A stretch of 53,499 nt of DNA from Actinomycetota bacterium (GTDB lineage: Bacteria; Actinomycetota; UBA4738; HRBIN12). How positions within the stretch are numbered: the stretch's first letter is position 1; each line of letters begins with the position of its first letter. The DNA lies in contig JBDTNY010000092.1 of NCBI GenBank assembly GCA_039933515.1, positions 1 through 53,499 of the forward strand, written 5' to 3'. Under the pieces are notes generated by a model that saw nothing but the letters and a program-made list of their open reading frames with translations, was not told where the DNA came from and searched no databases. Both the position numbers and the translations under genes were made by a program. Shown here in pieces: positions 8,217 through 16,499 of the stretch.

Positions 8217-9539
8217 GTGAGGTTCGCCCCGCACACCCACGATGACGTACGCGAGATGCTCGCGCAGATCGGCGTCGGGTCCCTCGAGGCGTTGTTCGAC
8301 CAGATCCCCGAAGCGGTCAGGCTCGACCGCGACCTGGCGATCGAGCCGGGCGTGTCCGAGATGGAGATCATGGCCGACCTGCGTAGGCTCGCAGCGCGCA
8401 ACCGCCACGCCGAGGAGCTGGTCTGCTTCGCCGGTGCGGGCGCATACGACCACTACGTGCCGAGCGTGGTGTGGGCTCTTGCTGGGCGCTCGGAGTTCTA
8501 CACCTCCTATACGCCGTATCAGCCCGAGCTCTCGCAGGGGGCGCTCCAGGCACTCTTCGAGTTCCAGTCCATGGTCTGCGAGCTCACCGGGATGGAGGTG
8601 TCGAACGCGTCGCTCTACGACGGCGCGACCTCCCTCGTCGAGGCCGTGAACATGTCGAGGGGCGGCGCGCGCACCCGTGTCCTCGTGAGCGGCGCGGTCG
8701 ATCCGAGGTTCGTCGACACGCTCGCGACCTACGGCAAGGGCGCGGGATACGATCCGGTGGTGTTCGATGCTCCCGGCCACCGGGGGGGTGCGCCCGACGT
8801 CGGGGACGACGTCGCCGCCGTGGTCGTGCAACACCCGAACTACTACGGCGTGCTGGAGGACGTGCCGGCGTTCGTCGAGGCCGCGCACGGCGGCGGTGCC
8901 CGCGCGATCCAGGTCTTCGACCCGCTGTCGCTCGGCGTGCTTGCCCCGCCTGGCGAGCTCGGTGTCGACATCGCGGTGGCCGAGGGGCAGTCCCTGGGTA
9001 ACCACCTCAACTACGGAGGCCCGTACCTGGGGTTGATCGCGGCGCGCATGGCCGACGTCCGTCGGATGCCCGGACGGATCGTGGGGGAGACCACCGACGT
9101 CGACGGCCGCACGGGGTACGTCCTGACGCTGCAGGCACGCGAGCAGCACATCCGCCGCGAGAAGGCGACCTCGAACATCTGCACGAACCAGACCCTGATG
9201 GCGCTCGCCGCCACCATCTATCTCGCGTGGCTCGGCCCGGTGGGCCTGGCCGAACTCGGACGTCAGTGCGCCGCGAAGGCCCGCTACGCGTTCGAGCAAC
9301 TCACCGCGCTCCCAGGGGTCGAGCCGCTCGTGCCCGACGCCCCGTTCTTCAAGGAGTTCGCGATCCGAACGCCCCTCCCCGCTGTCGACGTGCGCGACGC
9401 GGCGATCGAGCGAGGCGTCCTCGCGGGCGTGCCGGTCGCCGGCGGCGACGGGCACGGGCTCCTGGTGGCCGTGACCGAGCGGCGCGATCGAGGGGAGATC
9501 GACGCCTTGGTGCGCGCCGTCGCAGAGGTGATCGCCTGA
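8217..9539 (+). CDS. gcvPA: Glycine dehydrogenase subunit 1
   Basis: FAGAGAYDHY, YTPYQPELSQG, NASLYDGA, REQHIRREKATSNICTNQ. Confidence 0.96.
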   Translation: MRFAPHTHDDVREMLAQIGVGSLEALFDQIPEAVRLDRDLAIEPGVSEMEIMADLRRLAARNRHAEELVCFAGAGAYDHYVPSVVWALAGRSEFYTSYTPYQPELSQGALQALFEFQSMVCELTGMEVSNASLYDGATSLVEAVNMSRGGARTRVLVSGAVDPRFVDTLATYGKGAGYDPVVFDAPGHRGGAPDVGDDVAAVVVQHPNYYGVLEDVPAFVEAAHGGGARAIQVFDPLSLGVLAPPGELGVDIAVAEGQSLGNHLNYGGPYLGLIAARMADVRRMPGRIVGETTDVDGRTGYVLTLQAREQHIRREKATSNICTNQTLMALAATIYLAWLGPVGLAELGRQCAAKARYAFEQLTALPGVEPLVPDAPFFKEFAIRTPLPAVDVRDAAIERGVLAGVPVAGGDGHGLLVAVTERRDRGEIDALVRAVAEVIA

Positions 9540-11014
9540 TGGACATCGGCGCGCCGGTTCGCCGTCAAGGCCCGCCGGGGGAGGGGACGCTGGGTGCCCG
9601 CTCGAGGCCAGGGCGCCGAGCCTTCAGCTTCGCAGCCCTCGATGTCGAGCCGGTGGACATCGCGGAGGGCTACGCCCGCACGACCCCGCCCCGATTGCCC
9701 GAGGTGGCGGAGGGTGACCTCGTTCGCCACTACACGCGGCTGTCGCAGACGAACTACGGGGTGGACACCGGGTTCTACCCCCTCGGGTCGTGCAGCATGA
9801 AGTACAACCCGAAGTCCGCGGAGGCGGCGGCGGCATGGCCCGGCTTCGCCCGCGTCCACCCGCTGCAGCCCGATGCCACGACCCAGGGCCTCCTCGAGCT
9901 GCTGTGGCGCCTCGAGCGGGCGCTCTGCGAGATCACCGGCATGGCGCGTGCGACCCTGCAGCCGCCGGCCGGTGCGGCCGGCGAGCTCACGGGGCTCCTG
10001 ATCATGCGCGCCTACCACCAGGCGCAGGGGCGTCAGCGCACGAAAGTCTTGATCCCCGACGCCGCCCACGGCACGAATCCCGCGAGCGTGAGGCTCGGCG
10101 GGTACCAGGCGGTCAGCGTGCCGGCAGACGCGCGCGGCCAGGTCGACGTCGAGGCGCTTCGGTCCCTGGTGGACGACGAGGTCGCCGGCCTCATGCTCAC
10201 GAACCCGAACACCCTCGGCCTGTTCGAGGAGCGCATCGAGGAGATCACGAGCGTCGTGCACGAGGTGGGGGGCCTCGTCTACTACGACGGGGCGAACCTG
10301 AACGCGATCCTCGGCAAGTGCCGGCCCGGCGACATGGGATTCGACATCGTGCACATCAACACGCATAAGACCTTCGCGACGCCCCACGGCGGGGGAGGGC
10401 CGGGCGCCGGTCCCGTCGGGGTGGCCGAGCGCCTGATCCCGTTCCTTCCGGTGCCGCGCGTCGAGCGTGACGATGCGACGGGCGCGTACCGGCTCGATAC
10501 TGAAGCTCCCTCGACGATCGGGCGGGTGCACGGTTTCCACGGCAACGTTGGGGTGCTCGTCCGCGCGTATCTGTACGTGTTCCTCCACGGGTCCGATGGC
10601 CTCGAGGAGGTCGCTGAACGGGCCGTGCTGAACGCGAACTACCTGGCAACCCTCCTGCCCGCCCAGACGCCACTGGCATTCCCGCAGGGCCGCCCGATGC
10701 ACGAGTTCGTCGCGACCGCGACCCCGCTCGAGAAGGCCACCGGGATCCGCGCGATGGATCTCGCGAAGCGACTGATCGATCTGGGTTTCCATCCATCCAC
10801 GGTCTACTTCCCGCTGGTAGTGGACGAGGCGATGATGATGGAGCCGACCGAGACCGAGACCAAGGAGACGCTGGAGGCGTTCGGTGCTGCCCTCGCCCAG
10901 GCGGTCGCCGAAGCCGCAAGCGACCCCGACCTGCTGCACGACGCGCCCGTCACGACGCCCGTACGTCGTCTCGACGAGGCCAAGGCCGCCCGGCACCTCA
11001 AGTTGCGCTGGTAG
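9539..11014 (+). CDS. gcvPB: Glycine dehydrogenase subunit 2
   Basis: PLGSCSMKYNP, HGTNPAS, YYDGANLNA, PLP Lys in NTHKTFATPHGGGGPG; ATG coupled to gcvPA stop (TGATG). Confidence 0.96.
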   Translation: MDIGAPVRRQGPPGEGTLGARSRPGRRAFSFAALDVEPVDIAEGYARTTPPRLPEVAEGDLVRHYTRLSQTNYGVDTGFYPLGSCSMKYNPKSAEAAAAWPGFARVHPLQPDATTQGLLELLWRLERALCEITGMARATLQPPAGAAGELTGLLIMRAYHQAQGRQRTKVLIPDAAHGTNPASVRLGGYQAVSVPADARGQVDVEALRSLVDDEVAGLMLTNPNTLGLFEERIEEITSVVHEVGGLVYYDGANLNAILGKCRPGDMGFDIVHINTHKTFATPHGGGGPGAGPVGVAERLIPFLPVPRVERDDATGAYRLDTEAPSTIGRVHGFHGNVGVLVRAYLYVFLHGSDGLEEVAERAVLNANYLATLLPAQTPLAFPQGRPMHEFVATATPLEKATGIRAMDLAKRLIDLGFHPSTVYFPLVVDEAMMMEPTETETKETLEAFGAALAQAVAEAASDPDLLHDAPVTTPVRRLDEAKAARHLKLRW

Positions 11015-11070
11015 CCGGTCACGCCCGAGGGATCCTCGGGGAAGGAGCACCCATATACCAGTCCGAGCCA

Positions 11071-11098
11071 AGGTGACATAATGTGCATTATCGGGGTT
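11071..11098 (-). other. Chromosomal dif site (XerC/XerD recombination site)
   Basis: Minus strand reads AACCCCGATAA-TGCACA-TTATGTCACCT: 11-6-11 layout with a TTATGT XerD arm; lies at the strand-bias switch. Confidence 0.85.
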
Positions 11099-11104
11099 GA
11101 GAGG

Positions 11105-13363
11105 TCACCTACCTGAGCCGCGCAGGCGGGCCTTCAGGCCCCAGATCGTGACGAGCCAGAGGGCCTCCACCACGATGCCGCGCGAGATCTTCGACTGCCC
11201 GTGCGCTCGTTCGCGGAACGTGATCGGTGTCTCGCCGAGGTCGAAGCCGAGGTTCCAGGTGCGCATCACGAGCTCGATCTGGAAGCCGTAGCCCTCAGAG
11301 TGGATCGGTGAACGGACCAGTTCGGTCAGGAGCTCCCGGCGGTAGACGCGGTACCCGCTGGTGGCGTCGTTGACCGGCAAGCCCAGCATGAAGCGCGCAT
11401 AGCGATTCCCGGCGCGCGAGAGGGCCACCCGCCCGGCGCTCCAGTTGGTCACCTCGCCTCCCGGCACGTAGCGGCTGCCCACGGCCAGATCGCGTCCTGC
11501 GGCGGCAGCCTCCAGGAGCGCCGGCAGTTCGGCCGGATCGTGCGACAGGTCGGAGTCCATCTCGACCACGAGGTCATACTCCTCGGCCAGACCGATGCGG
11601 AAGCCTTCCTGATAGGCGCTCGCCAGGCCCGACTTCGCCGGGCGTTGGATCAGCCTGACCCGCGGCTCGCTCGCCGCCCGAGCCCGCACGATCTCCGCGG
11701 TCCCATCGGGCGAGGAGTCGTCGACCACCACGACGTCGACGCGCTGCGGCGCCGCGAGCACCCCTTCGAGTACCCGGTCGATCGTCGCAGCCTCGTCGTA
11801 GGTGGGCAGAATCACCAGGCTCCGGAAGCCGGGCCCCAACGGACCCGGTGACTCGCGCGTCCGCCGGCGACGCCTCGGGAGCGCGAACAGGAAGGCGACG
11901 ACGACGAGACAGAGCCAGGGGACCCAATCCCCCAGCCGGACGTAACCCGTTCGATCGTTGGTGGACGCGATGGTGTGCCGCAGGATAGCGGGTTCGAAGA
12001 GGCCGGCCGACTCGACCACCCGGCCCGACGGATCGATGAAGGCGCTGATCCCCGAGACCGCAGCGTTCACCACCCAGCGTCCCGTTTCGATCGCGCGCAT
12101 CTGGCTCATCTGCTGATGCTGCTCGGACGCCGCGGTGAACCCATACGACGCGTTGTTCACCGTGACGATCAGGAAGCTTGCGCCGTCGCGCACGAATGCG
12201 CGCGGGAGCGCGGCGAAGCTGTTCTCGAAGCAGATCGGGGTGCCGAACGCAGGCACCCCGTCGGCCTCGAGCGTGTGGATCGACTCCCCCGGGATCCGGT
12301 CGACCGGGACCTGGTCGATCGCGTCGATCCACGAGAGGCGGCCGCGGAACGGCACGTACTCGCCGAACGGCACGAGGTGGACCTTGTCATAGTGGCCGAT
12401 CGGGTTGCCGTTGCCGTCGAAGAGCACGACGTCGGTTCGCTGGCCGCCCTCGGCGTCCTCGGTCACGGCGCCGACCAGGGTGGGCACGCCCACCGATGCG
12501 ATCGCGCGACGCACGCGATCCATCACCGTGGGATCGGCGGCGGCCGCAGGGTCGAGGGCGCCCTCCCCCCATACGATCAGGTCGGGCCGCGTTCCTGTCG
12601 CGAGTTGCTCGTGGGCGGCGATGTTCAGGCCGGCCACCCGTACGTCCTCTCCCGCCCTGGAGGCCTGCGCCGCCTGCCGGACGTCGACCTGGACCGTCGC
12701 GATGTCGACGGTAGGGCCGGATTCGGGTCCGGGCCCTCCGCCGAACGGGAGCACGCCGGGCCCGAGCGCCAGCGCGGCCGCGAGACTCCACGGCACGAGG
12801 CCGAAGCGGGTCCCGCGCGCTCGGAACCCGGCCACGACCAGCCCGTTCGCGGCCACCACCACGAAGGTCACGCCCCAGACGCCGGCGATCGTGGCGAGTC
12901 TGACCGTCACGCGGTTGTCGACTTGGCTGATGCCCACGCTCCCCCACGTGAAGCCCCCGAGCGGCCACATCCCCCTGATCCAGTCGATCAGCGTCCACAG
13001 CGACGCCGCGGCAAAGGCCGAGATGACCGGCCGGCCGGGTCGGCGGATCGAGGCGTAGGCCGCGCCGAACAGGGCGAGCGAGATCGCCATCACGATCGAT
13101 AGCGCGACCCAGGCGAGCTCGCCGAAGCGCCAGATCCAGTAGATCGTGGCTCCGTAGCATCCGATCCCGTATGCCAGTCCCAGAAGCGCCCCCTTCGCTG
13201 GCCCCGATCGATCGAGCAGCCAGATCAGCGGGGCGATCGCGATGAAGGCAAGCGGCCACAGCCTCGCGGGCGGGAAGGCGAGCGACAGGGCGAGTCCGGC
13301 CGCCAAGGAGCTGAGCGATGCGAGCGGAAGACCTTCAGGCGCCCTCAGGCGCAGTCCCGGCAC
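11105..13363 (-). CDS. ppm1: Apolipoprotein N-acyltransferase / polyprenol-monophosphomannose synthase fusion (Lnt-Ppm1)
   Basis: Lnt: multiple TMs, WGE, KVHLVPFGEY, PICFE. C-terminal GT2: ILPTYDE, VDDSSPDGT, EMDSDLSH. Start uncertain. Confidence 0.93.
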   Translation of the reverse strand: MPGLRLRAPEGLPLASLSSLAAGLALSLAFPPARLWPLAFIAIAPLIWLLDRSGPAKGALLGLAYGIGCYGATIYWIWRFGELAWVALSIVMAISLALFGAAYASIRRPGRPVISAFAAASLWTLIDWIRGMWPLGGFTWGSVGISQVDNRVTVRLATIAGVWGVTFVVVAANGLVVAGFRARGTRFGLVPWSLAAALALGPGVLPFGGGPGPESGPTVDIATVQVDVRQAAQASRAGEDVRVAGLNIAAHEQLATGTRPDLIVWGEGALDPAAAADPTVMDRVRRAIASVGVPTLVGAVTEDAEGGQRTDVVLFDGNGNPIGHYDKVHLVPFGEYVPFRGRLSWIDAIDQVPVDRIPGESIHTLEADGVPAFGTPICFENSFAALPRAFVRDGASFLIVTVNNASYGFTAASEQHQQMSQMRAIETGRWVVNAAVSGISAFIDPSGRVVESAGLFEPAILRHTIASTNDRTGYVRLGDWVPWLCLVVVAFLFALPRRRRRTRESPGPLGPGFRSLVILPTYDEAATIDRVLEGVLAAPQRVDVVVVDDSSPDGTAEIVRARAASEPRVRLIQRPAKSGLASAYQEGFRIGLAEEYDLVVEMDSDLSHDPAELPALLEAAAAGRDLAVGSRYVPGGEVTNWSAGRVALSRAGNRYARFMLGLPVNDATSGYRVYRRELLTELVRSPIHSEGYGFQIELVMRTWNLGFDLGETPITFRERAHGQSKISRGIVVEALWLVTIWGLKARLRGSGR

Positions 13364-13722
13364 CGCATCTTCTTCTTGTCCGCCAGCTGACTCCGATGCT
13401 TCACGAGGAAACACCGGGTGCAGGTGAATTCGGTCTCCTGGATCGGCACGACCCGGGTCTCGGCCGACTCGGCCAGCTGTTCCTCGCGGGTGAGTGGGAT
13501 GACGACCTCGTCGTCCTCATCGGCCTCTTCTTCCCGGGCCTCCTGTTTGACCAGCAGTTCCTGGATCGACTCGACCTCCGCCGCACCCGCGGCGGTCACC
13601 GGTCCCGGTGGCACGACGGCATCCGCGAGGTCGGCCTCGCTGGGCTCGACGTCGTCGAGGTCGACCTCTGCCGGCTCGTCGTCCTCGATCTGATCGTCGG
13701 TGTCGTCGGTGGTGTCTTTCAT
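13345..13722 (-). CDS. DUF4193-like acidic protein with C-terminal Cys motif
   Basis: Acidic N-terminus; RVVPIQETEFTCTRCFLVKHRSQLA...CRDCA; GGGAGG RBS; TACAAT -10 at 13772-13777. Confidence 0.85.
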   Translation of the reverse strand: MKDTTDDTDDQIEDDEPAEVDLDDVEPSEADLADAVVPPGPVTAAGAAEVESIQELLVKQEAREEEADEDDEVVIPLTREEQLAESAETRVVPIQETEFTCTRCFLVKHRSQLADKKKMRCRDCA

Positions 13723-13884
13723 CCCATGTCCTCCCGTGGACGGAGCGGTGGGGCCCCTCCGTCGCGCGCGGATTGTACTGCGGCACCGCCACGATGCAAC
13801 GTCGGCGACCGACAGAACACCGCGACGCGCGGGTGCATTCCCGAAGCGGTGGGAGCCACATCGCGATGCGGACGGCGATCCGGA

Positions 13885-13991
13885 ACGAAGATGAGGACCC
13901 AAGAGACGTTTGGGGCCGTGACGCCGGGGCGTCACGTTCTCTACTCCGCCTCTTGGGTCCTCGGTGCGTCTCCACCTGAGTGGGGGCGCAC
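13885..13991 (-). ncRNA. Candidate structured small RNA (unassigned family)
   Basis: 16-bp stem 13893-13908/13947-13962 enclosing an asymmetric bubble and an 8-9 bp hairpin (13917-13936); second hairpin 13964-13991; upstream TTGACC-N18-TACGGT. Confidence 0.55.
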
Positions 13992-13995
13992 GAGG

Positions 13996-14025
13996 ACCGT
14001 ATCGTCGCTCGCAGATACCGGTCAA
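13996..14025 (-). promoter_or_regulatory. SigA-type promoter driving the candidate RNA
   Basis: TTGACC (14025-14020), 18-nt spacer, TACGGT (14001-13996). Confidence 0.6.
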
Positions 14026-14061
14026 GAGACCTGCGGCAACGAGAGCGACAGGAACCGTCGT

Positions 14062-15573
14062 TCAGGCGGCGTAGACCTCCCGGCCGAGTGAGACCGTGAG
14101 GATCGGCGCGAGGGGAGCCAGATCTGGCGCCTCGAACGGATCGTCGTCGAAGGCGACCAGGTCGGCATGCATGCCCGGTTCGAGTGCCCCCTTCTTCTCC
14201 TCCTGGTGTGCCAGACGGGCGCTCCCGGTGGTGTGGAGCCTGATAGCCTCGGCGCGAGACAGGCGCTGGCGGGGGTCGTGATGTGCGCCGAGCGCCGCGA
14301 CCGCGAGCAGCGGGTCCAGCGGGGTGATCGGCGCGTCGGACCCGGCTCCCACCTCGATCCCACGCTCGATCATCGTGCGGATCGGGTTCATGCCCGCGGC
14401 GCGCTCGGGGCCTAACCCGACCTCGTACAGTCCGCCGGGGCCTCCCCACCACAGGTCGAACACCGGCTGCACCGAGGCGGCGAGCCCCAGCATCGCGGCG
14501 CGTTCAATCGCGGCGTCCGAGGCCATCTCGAAGTGCTCGATCCGGTGCCGACGCGCGCGGAAGTGTCGGCGCTGACGGGAGTCGAGCGCGTGGTAGACCC
14601 GTTCCCACGCGGTCAGGACCTGATCGATCGCCCGATCGCCGATCGCGTGCACGCCGACCTGGAGCCCTGCCGCGTGCCCGCCGTGGAAGAAGGTCACGAG
14701 CTCGTCGTCGGAGAAGTAGGCGGTGCCGTCGCCCTCGCCATCGGCGTAGGGCGCGACGAGCGCAGCCGTGCGCGCGCCGATCGACCCGTCGACCGGAAGA
14801 TCACCCCCGATCGCGCCGAGGCCGAGCTCCATCACGCGAGGGATGTCCGTGCTCGCGACCACCGGGACGGCATCGACCGGCAGGCGGGATCGATGCGCGA
14901 GGAACACGAGGAGGTCCCGCTCCCCCGTCTCCGTCGGCATCGACATCTCGTGAACGGAGGTCACACCCTTGGCGGCGGCGCTCGAGGCTGCCCTCAGCTG
15001 CAGCTCCTGGATCTCGTGGTCGCTCAAGCCGGCGCGCGTCCATCGGGTCAGCCGCTGCATCGCCCCCTGCGTGACCCGGCCGTCGGGAGCTCCTGAGGCC
15101 CCTCGCAAGGTGCCGGACTCGTCCCAGATGTCGGCCGCCCGGAGCGCCGCCGAGTTCGCCAGGGCGAGATGGAAGTCGGTCCGACGGATCACCATCGGGC
15201 GTTCGGTGACCGCGTCGAGCTCGGCGAGGGTCGGGAAGCTGGGGGCGTTCCAGCGACTCTCGTCGAACCCCTGGAGCAGGACGAGGCCGCTCCCCTCTTC
15301 CGCCCGGGCGGCGGCGAGCTGCAGGAGCTCGGCTCGAGAGCGCACTGCCGAAACCGCCGCGTCGGCCGCCGAGAGCCCGGTGCTCGTCAGGTGCACGTGG
15401 GCGTCGACGAACCCCGGCACGATCGTGGCGCCGGGGAGGTCGACGGTCCGGTCGGCGTCGGGCGGGTCCCCGGTGCCCACGCGCTGCACGTGGCGGCCGT
15501 CGACCAGGATCCACTCCCCGACGGCGGGATGCGAGAGCGTGTGAACGCGGGCAGCGCGATAGAGGGTCTTCAC
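14062..15573 (-). CDS. Metal-dependent amidohydrolase (amidohydrolase_3/YtcJ-like)
   Basis: PGFVDAHVH, DGSIGARTAAL, HAIGD, RIEH, GSDAP motifs. Confidence 0.92.
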   Translation of the reverse strand: MKTLYRAARVHTLSHPAVGEWILVDGRHVQRVGTGDPPDADRTVDLPGATIVPGFVDAHVHLTSTGLSAADAAVSAVRSRAELLQLAAARAEEGSGLVLLQGFDESRWNAPSFPTLAELDAVTERPMVIRRTDFHLALANSAALRAADIWDESGTLRGASGAPDGRVTQGAMQRLTRWTRAGLSDHEIQELQLRAASSAAAKGVTSVHEMSMPTETGERDLLVFLAHRSRLPVDAVPVVASTDIPRVMELGLGAIGGDLPVDGSIGARTAALVAPYADGEGDGTAYFSDDELVTFFHGGHAAGLQVGVHAIGDRAIDQVLTAWERVYHALDSRQRRHFRARRHRIEHFEMASDAAIERAAMLGLAASVQPVFDLWWGGPGGLYEVGLGPERAAGMNPIRTMIERGIEVGAGSDAPITPLDPLLAVAALGAHHDPRQRLSRAEAIRLHTTGSARLAHQEEKKGALEPGMHADLVAFDDDPFEAPDLAPLAPILTVSLGREVYAA

Positions 15574-15583
15574 TCCGGCGGCA

Positions 15584-16333
15584 TCATGCCACGCTACCGC
15601 CGGCCCCGGGCGAGGTCGCGAGCCTGAGCACCGCGATCGCGTCGAGCCGGTGCTCGAGGATCCGGGTCTTGGACGAGTGCAGCTCGAGCCCCACGCTGGC
15701 GCCCGCTCGTCGGAGCTGCTCCAGCGAGCGCCGAGCGGCAGGCACCGAGGGCGCGAAGACGACGATGTCGTCGACCCAGCGCAGGTGCGGCCGGTGTTCC
15801 CGGCGGAGTGCGTCGTCGAGCCGTGTGAGGGTGGCGTTCGCCAGGACCGCCGACGGCGGAGGCCCCACCGGCAACCCGGCGACGCCCTCGTCCTCGAACG
15901 CCCGCAGGCACGACACCACCACTTCGATCGCCGCCTCGGTCGCGCCTGCCGAACGCAACGCGCGGGCGACCGAGGCGGGGGTGATCGAGGCGAAACACTC
16001 GCGGACGTCGGCGACCACGACGGCGCGGACGTCCCCCGCGAGTCCGCGCCGGGTCTGGGCCCGCCATCGCCGCCGCGCGAGCTCCCACGGAACCAGCTGG
16101 AACTCGGGGTCTCCGTCGTGCCCCGGACTCGCGTGGTCGGCCACGACCTCTGACCCCAGGCTCCGCTCGACCGCCGGGACGACCGATGAGACCGCCGCCG
16201 CGTACGCGTCGCTCGCCTCAGGTGAGAGGGACGTGATCCATCGAACCTTCCCGCCCGGGGTGCGGACGGGGTCGATGCGCGCGGCGGGGACGGACCTGGG
16301 ACGGCGGGGCCAGGGAGCGCTGCGGTGGGCCAT
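15584..16333 (-). CDS. Minimal stand-alone reverse transcriptase (fingers-palm only)
   Basis: GKVRWI (fingers K.R), ADVRECFASI (motif A), GLPVGPPPSAVLAN (motif B), RWVDDIVVF (motif C, 15767-15778), GLELHSSKTRI (motif D); GAGGAG RBS before ATG 16333. Confidence 0.88.
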   Translation of the reverse strand: MAHRSAPWPRRPRSVPAARIDPVRTPGGKVRWITSLSPEASDAYAAAVSSVVPAVERSLGSEVVADHASPGHDGDPEFQLVPWELARRRWRAQTRRGLAGDVRAVVVADVRECFASITPASVARALRSAGATEAAIEVVVSCLRAFEDEGVAGLPVGPPPSAVLANATLTRLDDALRREHRPHLRWVDDIVVFAPSVPAARRSLEQLRRAGASVGLELHSSKTRILEHRLDAIAVLRLATSPGAGGSVA

Positions 16334-16499
16334 GTGCGAACTCCTCACGGTCGGGCGGTCTGGAGGAGGTCGTCCGCGCTCGGGGACACGTTCTACCCCG
16401 GCGGCGCGGCGCCGGCAATCGGCCGGCCTGGGCGAGATCGGTCACCCGCAGGCATCCCCCGAGGCGTTGAGCCCGCAACGCGCACCCTATGATGGGCGC

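Noticed and set aside
13723-14025. N-terminal extension of DUF4193 (226-aa ORF from 14025)
   Set aside because: A clear RBS and -10 support ATG 13722. The TTG at 14025 is the -35 hexamer of the candidate RNA promoter.
15584-16333. Group II intron, DGR or CRISPR-associated RT
   Set aside because: No maturase/X domain or domain V-like RNA after the stop, no TR/VR repeat pair and no cas genes or array seen in the window.
16334-16499. Retron msr-msd upstream of the RT
   Set aside because: Only 166 bp, shared with the Lrp promoter and the RT RBS. No a1/a2 inverted repeats or long msd hairpin were visible, and the RT lacks the retron VTG region.
15669-16499. 424-aa ORF extending Lrp at the N-terminus
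   Set aside because: The extension is the antisense shadow of the RT. The Lrp domain starts at GTG 16500, right after TATGAT.
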